This document shows positions 37,018 through 46,246 of a stretch of 64,000 nucleotides of DNA, piece after piece. The stretch is from NCBI GenBank assembly GCA_025934835.1, contig JAICWL010000004.1, positions 2,474 to 66,473 of the forward strand. Direction: 5' to 3'. Under the pieces are notes generated by a model, which was not told where the DNA came from, did not search any database, and was given only the letters and a program-made list of their open reading frames with translations. The stretch is from Fimbriimonadaceae bacterium. GTDB taxonomy: Bacteria > Armatimonadota > Fimbriimonadia > Fimbriimonadales > Fimbriimonadaceae. The translations under genes and the position numbers were made by a program. The first letter of the stretch is position 1, and each line of letters begins with the position of its first letter.

Positions 37018-37686
37018 TCAGCGAGGTTTCGGCCGAGCGCTTCTCGAGAGCAGCGACTCCACCTTGGGCAAATCGTCTTGGGCTCTCGTTTCGGTCACGC
37101 CGATTGCGGCGAGCGGCATGTCATCGCCCAGGGCGATCGTCATCCTGACGCCGTCGCGGTCCGTCAAAAGGCCGGAAATCATTAGTGTCTGGTTGGCCTG
37201 GTGCCAAAACCAGTACTTCACGCGCGCGCCGAAAAACATCGACGGCTTAATGTTTGGGAACGCGTTCGTGTACCGCTGCACGGTGGAATCGAGGCGGTCG
37301 ACATCGGCCCCATCCAGCGAATACATGGCGACAGCGATCTTGTCGCCGTATAAGATCGTGCCAAAACCCTCTTTCGCCCGCTCCCACTCCTTCGACCCGT
37401 AGGGACGCAGAAAGCCCGCAGGCGTGTCGTCTATCTCGAACGAACCTTTCGGTTCCGGAAAGACCTGCAACGCCGAATTCCAGTCGTCCCCAACCAGAAC
37501 GCGGCCAGTGTCGCGAATCAGGGCTAAATCGGTTGGAGCAAGAGACTTGGGGGCAGCCACGCTGTTCTTGTCCTTGACACCCGGCGCTTGGTCCGGCTCG
37601 GCCGTGATATCCAGCCCCTGGCAGCCAAAAAGGGAAACGAGGAAAGCCGTCAAGAGCGTCGATTTGCAAGCGCCGCTGCGAGTCAA
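37018..37686 (-). CDS. lipoprotein, unknown function
   Basis: Lipobox VSLFGC. 222 aa. Starts 3 nt downstream of the greA stop. Confidence 0.6.
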   Translation of the reverse strand: MTRSGACKSTLLTAFLVSLFGCQGLDITAEPDQAPGVKDKNSVAAPKSLAPTDLALIRDTGRVLVGDDWNSALQVFPEPKGSFEIDDTPAGFLRPYGSKEWERAKEGFGTILYGDKIAVAMYSLDGADVDRLDSTVQRYTNAFPNIKPSMFFGARVKYWFWHQANQTLMISGLLTDRDGVRMTIALGDDMPLAAIGVTETRAQDDLPKVESLLSRSARPKPR

Positions 37687-37689
37687 TTG

Positions 37690-38160
37690 CTACTCCACCG
37701 CGAGCACGCGATATTTGCTCGTGCCCGCAGGAGCCTCTACAACCACCTCGTTACCCGGCTCTCGTCCGAGAAGCGCTTCACCCAGCGGAGAGCCTATCGA
37801 AATGAGGTCCTTGGCCGGATCGGCTTCGAACGAACCCACGAGGGTCACCGAGAACTCATCGTCAAAATCGAGATCCTTCAGGCGGACTTTCGAGCCAAGG
37901 TGGGCGAGGCTCGCCGCATCCTCTGGTCGATCGACGATCTTTGCGAGCTGAAGCGCCTTTTCGAGGTCGGCTATCCTGCTGTCCAGGCGCTGCTGGTTCA
38001 GCTTGGCCTCATGATATGCCGCGTTTTCGCGCAGGTCGCCATGCGACTTGGCCTCACGGATGGCCTCTGCGACCCTCATTCGGACCGGGCCCTTGAGGTC
38101 TTCCAGCTCTGCTTTGAGCTTCTCGAACCCTTCTCGGGTGAACTGGACCTCCCTTGACAT
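37690..38160 (-). CDS. greA: transcription elongation factor GreA
   Basis: MSREVQFTREGFEKLKAELEDLKG... coiled-coil N-terminus and a C-terminal FKBP-like domain. Internal ATG at 38160. Confidence 0.95.
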   Translation of the reverse strand: MSREVQFTREGFEKLKAELEDLKGPVRMRVAEAIREAKSHGDLRENAAYHEAKLNQQRLDSRIADLEKALQLAKIVDRPEDAASLAHLGSKVRLKDLDFDDEFSVTLVGSFEADPAKDLISIGSPLGEALLGREPGNEVVVEAPAGTSKYRVLAVE

Positions 38161-38188
38161 CGAAGCGATATTGTAGCATGGGATTCGT

Positions 38189-39091
38189 ATGGCCGGGCCC
38201 TCCGTCAGCGTGCTGATCGTGAGTTTCAACACACGCGAAAAACTGCGTCGGTGCCTCGAAGCACTAGGCGTCGGGTCGGAGATCATCGTCTACGACAATG
38301 CATCGTTGGACGGCTCGGCACAGATGGTAAGGGAGACCTTCCCGCATGTTCATCTCATCCTTGGCAACGAGAACATCGGCTTCGGACCGGCGAATAACCG
38401 AGCGGCCGAGCATGCCACTGGCAAGCTGCTTCTGTACCTGAACAGCGATGCCTACGCAGAGCCCGGGGCGGTCGGAACCCTCGCGCGGTGCTTTGATGAA
38501 CCCGGGATCGCGGCTGCGGGCGGCAGGCTCCTGAACCCGGATGGCAGCCTGCAAAACAGCACCGCGAACAAGCTCACACTATGGGCCTTAATCTGCGAGC
38601 AGACGGGCCTTGAACGGTTCGTGCACGCCTACTGGACTACGCCCCGCCTTCTGGCCCAGTGGCAGGTCACGCAGGCTCCGCAGCCCAGCGAGCAGGTCAT
38701 GGGCGCGTGCCTGATGACCCGCGCATCCTTCGGCGAGCGCTTCGACGAACGGTTTTTCCTCTACTGCGAAGACACCGACCTCTGCGCGCGCCTGCGCAAG
38801 AGAGGCTCTATCGTGTACGAGCCCTCGGCTCAATTCACCCATGATCTCGGATCGAGCAGCGCCGCAAACCGGTGGCTCGCGGTGTGCAGATACAACCGGG
38901 GCAAAGAGCTGTACTTCCGCATTCATCATGGCGCCGGCGCTGCGTTCGCATGCCTGATCATCGACAGGATCGGGGCCGCTGCGCGGCTGGCCCTTTGGAG
39001 CCTTGCTTCCGTGTTGACTCTCCTTACGAGGCCGCGATTTCGCGAACAAGCTTCACTGTTTGCTAAGGTGCTCTTTGCGCCTCTTCGGTAG
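38189..39091 (+). CDS. family 2 glycosyltransferase
   Basis: SVLIVSFN..., DNASLDGS and a D-x-D region (YCEDTDLC). Confidence 0.85.
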   Translation: MAGPSVSVLIVSFNTREKLRRCLEALGVGSEIIVYDNASLDGSAQMVRETFPHVHLILGNENIGFGPANNRAAEHATGKLLLYLNSDAYAEPGAVGTLARCFDEPGIAAAGGRLLNPDGSLQNSTANKLTLWALICEQTGLERFVHAYWTTPRLLAQWQVTQAPQPSEQVMGACLMTRASFGERFDERFFLYCEDTDLCARLRKRGSIVYEPSAQFTHDLGSSSAANRWLAVCRYNRGKELYFRIHHGAGAAFACLIIDRIGAAARLALWSLASVLTLLTRPRFREQASLFAKVLFAPLR

Positions 39092-39094
39092 GGA

Positions 39095-39856
39095 CTAGAG
39101 ATCAGGCTCGCTTTTGGCCCGATAAGCTTTCAAGACTTCCTGCGGCGACCCTTCCATGTGGATGTGGCCATGCTGCAGCCAGATGCAGCGATCGGCCACC
39201 TCCTCAATCGTCTCGTGGTGGTGTGACACCAGCAGGATAGTGCCGCCATTCTCCCGAAACTCTTCGATCTTCCGCCTGCATTTCTGCTCGAACTCGAAGT
39301 CGCCGACCGAAAGCACTTCATCGACCAGCAGGATGTCCGCGTCCGCATGCACCGCTATGGCGAATCCCAATCTCGCAATCATCCCGCTCGAGTAGGTTCG
39401 CACGGGCGCATAGATATGGTCGTGCAGCTCGGAGAACGCGGCGATGGCTGCGAGGCGCTCCTTCACCTCGGCGCGCGTCAAGCCGAGAACGACCCCGTTG
39501 AAGAACACATTCTCAGCGCCGCTCAGATCCGGATGGAACCCCGCACCTAGCTCCAACAGCGGAGCAACCCTGCCGCGTACCTCCAAGCAGCCGCTTGTGG
39601 GCAGATAGATACGAGCTAGCAGTGAAAGCAGCGTGCTCTTGCCTGCTCCGTTGCGCCCAACGACTGCCACGCACTCCCCCTTGCCTACCTCGAAGGTGAT
39701 CCCTTTTAGCACCTCGAGGCGCATGACGCTTCGACGCTTCCACCACAGCAGAAGGGTCTTGAGCGAGCCAATCGCGGTGTTCGTCACGACGAACTCCTTG
39801 CGCAGATCCCGAATGACAATAGCTGGATGTGTCAAGGCCTTTCGACGAACCCCCAC
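39095..39856 (-). CDS. polysaccharide/O-antigen ABC exporter ATP-binding protein (Wzt/TagH-like)
   Basis: Walker A GRNGAGKST, signature YSSGM, Walker B ILLVDE. Confidence 0.9.
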   Translation of the reverse strand: MGVRRKALTHPAIVIRDLRKEFVVTNTAIGSLKTLLLWWKRRSVMRLEVLKGITFEVGKGECVAVVGRNGAGKSTLLSLLARIYLPTSGCLEVRGRVAPLLELGAGFHPDLSGAENVFFNGVVLGLTRAEVKERLAAIAAFSELHDHIYAPVRTYSSGMIARLGFAIAVHADADILLVDEVLSVGDFEFEQKCRRKIEEFRENGGTILLVSHHHETIEEVADRCIWLQHGHIHMEGSPQEVLKAYRAKSEPDL

Positions 39857-40689
39857 TTCATCCGGTTAAACATCCGATAGCCGCCGATCATGATGAGCGT
39901 TGAAATCACGAACGCGTACCCCACGTAATTCCACATGATCGGCAGGGGCTGCGCCAGTCCGTTCGGAGTATGGATCGGCTGCGGAGCGAGTAGGATCTTC
40001 CGGTAGGCGTCTGAAAGCACGGCGACCGGATTCAAGTTATAAAGCTTGAACCACAGTCCGTGGCTGTGGACGTTCATGTTCGTGTTTGCGATCCCTTCTT
40101 CGAAGTACATGACCGGGCAGAGGAAGAACAGCAGGTACATCGCCACGCTCATCATGTATTTCACGTCCTCGTAATACGTGTTGAGCGCGCTGACGATGAG
40201 GCTCAGGCCCACGGACAAAATAAAGCTGATCAGCATCAGGAACGGAAGGTAGATCGTCGTGAGCTGAAATGGGACTACCTTCGGGTGGAGAATGTACACC
40301 CCAAGGAGTAGCAGAAAGAACACCACGAAGCCGAGCAGCAGGTGGATGAAGTTACTGATAACGCTGGCGAGAGGCAAAATCTCCCTGGGGAAGTAGATCT
40401 TTTTCACCAGGGGCAATGAGCCGAGGATCGACTGGGCGGAATCCAGAACGCTCGACTGAAAAAACATGAACGGCAAATAGGCCGCCAACACGTACGCGCT
40501 GTAGTTCTCAACGCCGTTTTGCAACAGCCTGTTGAATACAAGCGTCATGACCGCCGTCGTGGCCAGCGGATTGACGAAAGACCATAGGAACCCAAGCGCC
40601 GAATTCTTGTATCGGATGCGCAGCTCGCGCTGAACCATGCTTATGAGCAGCTCGCGAAAGCGCCAAAGCTCCCTTAGCTCCTCGATCAT
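39832..40689 (-). CDS. ABC-2 type polysaccharide exporter permease (Wzm/TagG-like)
   Basis: ELWRFRELLISMVQRELRIRYKNSALGFLWS signature plus six TM helices. The start is uncertain: 40689, or 40752, which would overlap the divergent rbsK. Confidence 0.85.
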   Translation of the reverse strand: MIEELRELWRFRELLISMVQRELRIRYKNSALGFLWSFVNPLATTAVMTLVFNRLLQNGVENYSAYVLAAYLPFMFFQSSVLDSAQSILGSLPLVKKIYFPREILPLASVISNFIHLLLGFVVFFLLLLGVYILHPKVVPFQLTTIYLPFLMLISFILSVGLSLIVSALNTYYEDVKYMMSVAMYLLFFLCPVMYFEEGIANTNMNVHSHGLWFKLYNLNPVAVLSDAYRKILLAPQPIHTPNGLAQPLPIMWNYVGYAFVISTLIMIGGYRMFNRMKWGFVERP

Positions 40690-40742
40690 GGTCGGTGTCG
40701 CGCGCCGGCCTGGGGCTATATTCGCTATGTATTCTAGCGGCG

Positions 40743-41648
40743 ATGAAGTCATCGGGAATCTTGGTTGTCGGCAGCGCGAACATGGACCTCGTCGTCCGAT
40801 GTGAAAGGTTGCCATATCCGGGCGAGACGTTGCTCGGAAGCGATTTCCAAACGATTCCCGGCGGGAAAGGCGCCAACCAGGCGGTTGCCATAGCGAAGCT
40901 CGGCGGTGACGTCAGCTTCTTGGGCAAGTTGGGCCATGATGCTTTCGGTCACGAGCTTCATAACAGTCTTATCGGTTGCGGAGTTCGAACCGATCTGGTT
41001 TCCTTCACTCGCGAGGCTCCCTCGGGAATCGCAGCGATAACCGTGGACGGATCGGGCCAGAACACGATCGTCGTTTCTCCGGGGGCGAACTCGCTGGTCC
41101 GGGCGACGGACGTGGAACGGGCGGCCAGTGGATTCTCGGTCCATCTCGCGCAGCTCGAGGTTCCCACCAGCTGCCTCCAGCCGCTCGGGAAAGAGGCGCT
41201 GTTTATCCTAAACCCCGCGCCGGCTCGCGCGCTGCCCAACGACCTGATTCGCAGAGTGGAGATCTTGACCCCAAACGAGCAGGAGCTTCAACTCCTGACC
41301 GGAATCGAGCCGTCGAACAGTTCTCGCCTGGAGAGAGCGGCCGACCGGCTGCTGGCGCGCGGCGTGAAGGAGGTCGTGGTGACCCTCGGGCCGGGCGGGT
41401 GCTTCTGGAAGAATGCTGAAGCCAGCTTGCGCATCGAGGGCAGATCCGTGAAAGCCGTCGATGCGACTGCAGCGGGGGATTGTTTCAATGGGGCGCTGGC
41501 ACTCTTTCTGTACCAGGGCCGACCGATCGAGCTCGCGATTCGGCTGGCGAACGCCGCGGCCGCGATTTCGACGACGCGATCCGGAGCCCAGCCGTCCATG
41601 CCGATATCGGCCGAACTCGAGCAATTCGCGCCTGAGCTGTTCTTCTAG
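40743..41648 (+). CDS. rbsK: ribokinase (PfkB family)
   Basis: ILVVGSANMDLV, GGKGANQA and a C-terminal DATAAGDCFNGA motif. Start set at MKSSG (40743). Confidence 0.85.
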   Translation: MKSSGILVVGSANMDLVVRCERLPYPGETLLGSDFQTIPGGKGANQAVAIAKLGGDVSFLGKLGHDAFGHELHNSLIGCGVRTDLVSFTREAPSGIAAITVDGSGQNTIVVSPGANSLVRATDVERAASGFSVHLAQLEVPTSCLQPLGKEALFILNPAPARALPNDLIRRVEILTPNEQELQLLTGIEPSNSSRLERAADRLLARGVKEVVVTLGPGGCFWKNAEASLRIEGRSVKAVDATAAGDCFNGALALFLYQGRPIELAIRLANAAAAISTTRSGAQPSMPISAELEQFAPELFF

Positions 41649-42853
41649 CCGGCGGCTTCTTCGATGGCATCGCATACGCGGCGAGAAAAAGCCTCAGGAG
41701 TGTGCTCGTGGGCAAAAGCCCTGCCCCGCTCTCCCATCGCCCTCCCTTCGCCCTCCGAGACCTCGCGGATTGCGCTGACTGCTTGCGCGGTGGAGCGAGG
41801 GTCGAACGTTGGTCCACACTTCCTGCGCCGGGTCATCCAACCGATCAAACCCTCGTTGCAGGCCAGTACAGGCAGCCCCATTGATCCGGCCTGTACGAGC
41901 ACACCGCTCATCCCAGAGAAAGTGACGTAGCCGATCCAAACGGAATCCGCTGCCGCGAAAAGCTCTGCTTCCTGCTCGTCGGTTATGAACCCAGGAATCG
42001 AGATAAGGCGCCCTTCGGCGCGCAGACGGAGCGCCTCGGGGCGCGCAAACTGCGCTTCCGCGTAATCGGATCCCTTGCCGGCTACGATGAGGCACACGTT
42101 CGCAGGGCAACCGGGGTCGGCAACGGCGCTGATGGCCTCCTCGAGCCCCTTCCTGTACCCAAGCACGCCATAAAGAAGAATCCCATGAGCATCGGGGCTC
42201 AACCCGAGGGATTCCCGGACTGCTGAGCGATCAGCGGCGGCTGCGAATCCCGCGATGTCGGGCACGTAGCGCACCTTTTCATACCCCTCTGGCTTTCGTT
42301 TCCGCACGAATTCAAACAGCGATTCGTCGATAGTCAGCAGGCGCTTAAGGTTAGGTTTCTCCAGCAGCCTTCGAAATAGCCCGGGCGAAAACCGGTCGAT
42401 CACGCCGCCAATCTTCGTCTCGACTCCCATTTCAGGATGATGAAACTGCTTGCCGAGCAACATGCCGCACACCGGAGTTCGCTCGAAGGGCGAGCCCAGC
42501 ACCGCCATCGCCAAGTCGATTTGCTCGAGAGCAATCGCGTAAACCACATCGGGCGAGAACCTTGCGGTGAGGTTGCGATATCCCGCCCTGAAAGCTCCGT
42601 ACCGGCGATAATTCTTTCCTAACATCTCGATCGAGAAACGTTTGTGCTTGAAGTCGCGATCGGGCATTTCCGCCGTTTGCAAACGCTCGCCGAATTCGCT
42701 GGATAGAAGCTTGAACGCTGAGTGGGCTCTGGCTGCCTCGGTGGTGACCAGCACGAGCTCCCAGTTGCGGGCAAGGCACTCCCGTACGATATATCGCGCG
42801 TGCAGCACGAAGTGATGCCCACCAGGCTCGGGATCGAAAATGGCGACTTTCAT
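41645..42853 (-). CDS. GT-B fold glycosyltransferase (GT4/GT1-like)
   Basis: 402 aa, MKVAIFDPEPGGH N-terminus, two-Rossmann layout with the C-terminal E-x7-E-like region weakly visible. Confidence 0.7.
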   Translation of the reverse strand: MKVAIFDPEPGGHHFVLHARYIVRECLARNWELVLVTTEAARAHSAFKLLSSEFGERLQTAEMPDRDFKHKRFSIEMLGKNYRRYGAFRAGYRNLTARFSPDVVYAIALEQIDLAMAVLGSPFERTPVCGMLLGKQFHHPEMGVETKIGGVIDRFSPGLFRRLLEKPNLKRLLTIDESLFEFVRKRKPEGYEKVRYVPDIAGFAAAADRSAVRESLGLSPDAHGILLYGVLGYRKGLEEAISAVADPGCPANVCLIVAGKGSDYAEAQFARPEALRLRAEGRLISIPGFITDEQEAELFAAADSVWIGYVTFSGMSGVLVQAGSMGLPVLACNEGLIGWMTRRRKCGPTFDPRSTAQAVSAIREVSEGEGRAMGERGRAFAHEHTPEAFSRRVCDAIEEAAG

Positions 42854-42944
42854 CCAGGAACGCGCGAATCGAGGTAAGGGGCGAGAGACGGTCGAACGAT
42901 TGGGCCGTCACCCATTACCCCTCACCCACCGCGCTTAATTGTAC

Positions 42945-43937
42945 TTAATTGTACTGGTCAGGATTCTTGCCCGAGACGATTTGGTCGTGGATCCAAGCGT
43001 AAGTCCTCTCCATGCCATCGCGCAGCCGGATGTCCGGCGCCCAGCCAAGCTCTTTCTTAATCAGCGTATTGTCGCTGTTTCGTCCGTTGACGCCCTTCGG
43101 GGCTGCGAGGTTATAGCACCTCTTGAGCTTGATGCCCGCGATGTCCTCGACCATATCTACGAGCTGGTTGATCGAGACAAGCTCGTCGCTGCCGAGGTTG
43201 ATCGGGTACTCGATGTTCGAGTCCATGATGCTGCGCACTCCCTTGAGGCAGTCGTCGATGTACATGAAGCTGCGCGTCTGATGGCCGTTACCCCAGATCT
43301 CGATCGTATGGTCGCCCGACATCTTGGATTCGATGACCTTTCTGCAGATGGCCGCAGGCGCCTTCTCACGTCCGCCCGCATACGTTCCGTGTGGGCCATA
43401 GACGTTGTGGAACCTCGCGACTCGCGTCGTAAGACCGAAATCTTCTCGGAAGTGCCGGCACATACGTTCTGTAAACAGCTTCTCCCAGCCATACCCGTCC
43501 TCGGGGAGCGCAGGGTAGGCATCCTCTTCCTTCAGCGCGGTGACGTTCTCGTCCTTCTGCTTGTCGCCGTTATAGACGCAGGCGCTCGAAGAGTAGAAGA
43601 AGCGCTTGACCCCGTTCTCTTTGGCCGCCAGGAGAACGTGCGTGCTAATCAAAACGCTGAGCATGCACGCGGCTTTGTGTGTTTCGATAAAGCCCATGCC
43701 TCCCATATCGGCGGCGAGGTTGTAGACGATGTCTACGCCCTTGGTGGCTTTGCGAGCCTCGTCGAGCAGCGACATGTCCGACTGCAAGTTCTCGGCGTCG
43801 GGATGCTGCTGATACCAACGCTCGAGCGGCTTGATGTCGGTCGCGCGGACGCGAAATCCTTCAGAAAGCAATCGACCGACCAAGTGACCGCCGATAAACC
43901 CTCCGGCACCAGTCACGAGAACCAATTCATTCCCCAT
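42945..43937 (-). CDS. NAD-dependent sugar nucleotide epimerase, GDP-mannose 3,5-epimerase-like
   Basis: VTGAGGFIGGH, NLAADMGGMGFI, SSACVY, DGYGWEKL, GGREKAPAAICRK and GRNSDN strings closely track plant/bacterial GME as I remember it. Confidence 0.8.
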   Translation of the reverse strand: MGNELVLVTGAGGFIGGHLVGRLLSEGFRVRATDIKPLERWYQQHPDAENLQSDMSLLDEARKATKGVDIVYNLAADMGGMGFIETHKAACMLSVLISTHVLLAAKENGVKRFFYSSSACVYNGDKQKDENVTALKEEDAYPALPEDGYGWEKLFTERMCRHFREDFGLTTRVARFHNVYGPHGTYAGGREKAPAAICRKVIESKMSGDHTIEIWGNGHQTRSFMYIDDCLKGVRSIMDSNIEYPINLGSDELVSINQLVDMVEDIAGIKLKRCYNLAAPKGVNGRNSDNTLIKKELGWAPDIRLRDGMERTYAWIHDQIVSGKNPDQYN

Positions 43938-44086
43938 ATCTCCTTCCTTCGGTTGCTGAATGGGCGAACCGCACTTACTGATTGAACCGAAATATACCTT
44001 TCAAAGTGCCCAGTCGCCCGATATCTTCTGCGTTTCGGACGCCAACCTGGACAGATTGCCAACCGACAAATCGCGCGGTTTGTAAG

Positions 44087-44118
44087 TAAAAAGGGCTCCC
44101 GACTTTCGCCGGGAGCCC
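44087..44118 (-). terminator. intrinsic terminator of the flagellin gene
   Basis: On the minus strand: GGGCTCCCG-gcgaaagt-CGGGAGCCC followed by TTTTT, 25 nt after the stop. Confidence 0.75.
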
Positions 44119-44142
44119 TGATTCATAGTCGACGCCGCTCGC

Positions 44143-45576
44143 TTAGCCGCGAAGCAGAGCAAGCACGGACTGGGGCGCGTTGTTCGCTTGAGTGAGCATC
44201 GCCATACCCGACTGCTGAAGGATCTGCAGCTTGGTGTAGTTCGTCATTTCCGCAGCAACGTCCGTGTCCTGGATGTCCGACACGGCGGCGCTCAGGTTCT
44301 CTTTCGCGACACCCAGCGAGCGGATGTTCGATTCGAGAACATTCTTCTGGAACGAGCCGATGTCTCCTCGCGCTTTCGACACCTGGTCGATAGCTGCGTC
44401 GATAACCTTGATGGCATCGTTCGCACCCGCCGCGGTCGTCAGGTCGAGGTTCGCCATCGAGAGACCGCTCACGGCGCCATTGCCGAGGTTCGTCGCAGCG
44501 AAGTTGCCGATGGCCAGCGAGGCTGTTTGGCCCGCGTTGCCACCGATTTGGAATTGAGCGCTGCCCACTTGCGCCTGGCCGATCGCCGCGGCAGTATTGC
44601 CGAAGCTGTTGCCGGCAACGGTGAGCTTCATCGTGTTACCGTCGGCATCTGTCAACGTCAGACCGTCCGTTCCTCCAACGCCGCCAGTGAACAGCACGTT
44701 GGTCGTCGAGCCGATCGTCACCGAAGCGTGGGCATCCGTGCCCGTTCCGGTGGCCGAGCCAGCGGCCGCAAGCAGCACGCCGTTGGCATCCGTCAGGTTG
44801 ACCTTGCCAACCGAACCGTACTGGTTCGCCGTGAACACGATCTTCGCGCCGTCATAGCTGGCGTTGACACCAGTTTGGCCGGACGCCTGGTTCACCATGT
44901 TCAGCACGTCGCTGACCGTGGTCGAAGCATTCGCGTTGAAAGTGACGCCATTGATCGTGAACGAACCGGCCGTGTTGACCGCGGTGGTCAGTGCTGCAAA
45001 GGCCGCAGAGTTTACAGATCCCTGAGTCGCTGCTGTCACTGAGTTCAGCGTGACAGTCGCATTCGCGGTGAGCGAATTTCCGCCAAAAGTTCCGCCGATT
45101 CCAAGCGAGGCGACGTCGGCACCGTCGGTCACCGAAGCGGTGACGCCAGAGCTTCCGTCGAGGAGGTTCTTAGCGCCGTACTGGGTTGTTTGAGCGATCC
45201 GCGTAATGCTCGACACGATTGAGTTCAGCGAGCTTTGGTTCGCCTGAAGCTGAGAAGTCGTCAGAGTGGCGCTGTTCGCAGAGGCGACGGCCAGCGAACG
45301 GGCATCGTTCAGGAGGCTGTTGACCTCATTGAATGCGCCTTCAGCGGTCTTCGAGTAGTTGATGGCGTCCTGGCTGTTCTGGACCGCCTGGTCGATTCCA
45401 CCGATCTCCGACTTGAACTTCTCGGAGATGATCAAACCCGCCGGATCATCGGCTGCGGAGTTGATCCGCAAACCGGTCGACAGTCGGGTAATGGATTGAC
45501 TAAGTTTTGAGCTCGTCTGGCCAAGGTTGAACAAAGTGTTCATGGCGTCGACGTTCGTGTTTATGCGAAATGACAT
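44143..45576 (-). CDS. fliC: flagellin
   Basis: Conserved N-terminal (MSFRINTN...LSTGLRINSAADDPAG) and C-terminal (...LQQSGMAMLTQANNAPQSVLALLRG) domains, with a T/S/G/A-rich variable middle. Confidence 0.95.
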   Translation of the reverse strand: MSFRINTNVDAMNTLFNLGQTSSKLSQSITRLSTGLRINSAADDPAGLIISEKFKSEIGGIDQAVQNSQDAINYSKTAEGAFNEVNSLLNDARSLAVASANSATLTTSQLQANQSSLNSIVSSITRIAQTTQYGAKNLLDGSSGVTASVTDGADVASLGIGGTFGGNSLTANATVTLNSVTAATQGSVNSAAFAALTTAVNTAGSFTINGVTFNANASTTVSDVLNMVNQASGQTGVNASYDGAKIVFTANQYGSVGKVNLTDANGVLLAAAGSATGTGTDAHASVTIGSTTNVLFTGGVGGTDGLTLTDADGNTMKLTVAGNSFGNTAAAIGQAQVGSAQFQIGGNAGQTASLAIGNFAATNLGNGAVSGLSMANLDLTTAAGANDAIKVIDAAIDQVSKARGDIGSFQKNVLESNIRSLGVAKENLSAAVSDIQDTDVAAEMTNYTKLQILQQSGMAMLTQANNAPQSVLALLRG

Positions 45577-45800
45577 TCGATCCTCCGTGATACGGCCCTA
45601 ACAGCCTGTGCGGCCAAGGCTTCCCCATAATGCGTCTGGATCGTCCTGATCCATCCGTCCGTTCCTGAAGCAATCGTCGGCCTCGCGGCTGGCACTCCCA
45701 CTCTCGCTTCTTTGCCGGTAAGGGCAAATCCTCGCACGGATGCTGTATTCCGTGAGAATGCCGACGCCTTACACGGTAAAAGGACCAGTACACTTAGAAA

Positions 45801-46217
45801 ATGAGGCTAAACAGCTTCGCCGCAGAGAAGCGAAAGACCCTCTTTGAGCAGCTTTCTACCGGCCACGCGCCCAGCGAAGGGCAGTTCGACCTGGATGTGC
45901 TGAAAGAAGGAAGGGCCAAGGGCCAGGTGCAGATGGGTTCAACGAGGTATGAGCCACACTCGATCGTCTTTGAGTTCATTTATCCCGATCCTCACGGCGT
46001 GGCGACGATCCTTCCGTTGCGCGTACCTGCGCCCGAGCGCATCGTGTTCATGCCCGTGCCGGGCTGGGTCTTGCAGGCGATCTGGCAAGGTGAGGTGTCC
46101 GGTTCGTATGAATTCGAAACCGACGCCATGAAAATGCTGGATGAATTTCGGCTCTCATTAGAACCTGGGATCAATGAAAATGTGGCCCGAGAGCCGGCGC
46201 CGACCGGTCGCGCATAG
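45801..46217 (+). CDS. hypothetical protein (138 aa), divergent from flagellin
   Basis: Only a sizeable ORF in this gap; no recognisable motif. Confidence 0.5.
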   Translation: MRLNSFAAEKRKTLFEQLSTGHAPSEGQFDLDVLKEGRAKGQVQMGSTRYEPHSIVFEFIYPDPHGVATILPLRVPAPERIVFMPVPGWVLQAIWQGEVSGSYEFETDAMKMLDEFRLSLEPGINENVAREPAPTGRA

Positions 46218-46246
46218 GGAAAGGCCCTCTCCTTGCGAAGAGGGCC
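46214..46246 (-). terminator. intrinsic terminator oriented on the minus strand (may act bidirectionally)
   Basis: On the minus strand: GGCCCTCT-tcgcaagg-AGAGGGCC followed by TTTCCCT. It overlaps the TAG of the plus-strand gene. Confidence 0.6.

Noticed and set aside
42939-43985. Long antisense ORFs in the six-frame track. Examples: 42939-43985 (+) opposite the epimerase, 34021-35139 (+) opposite rel, 50563-51747 (+), 53955-54920 (-), 46397-47275 (+), 24112-24798 and 24789-25523 (-), 52154-52909 (-), 44188-45042 (+).
   Set aside because: Each lies opposite to, or out of frame with, a gene that has clear family motifs. Their translations are Arg/Ala/Gly/Pro-rich with no motifs, which is the usual shadow-ORF artefact of GC-rich DNA.
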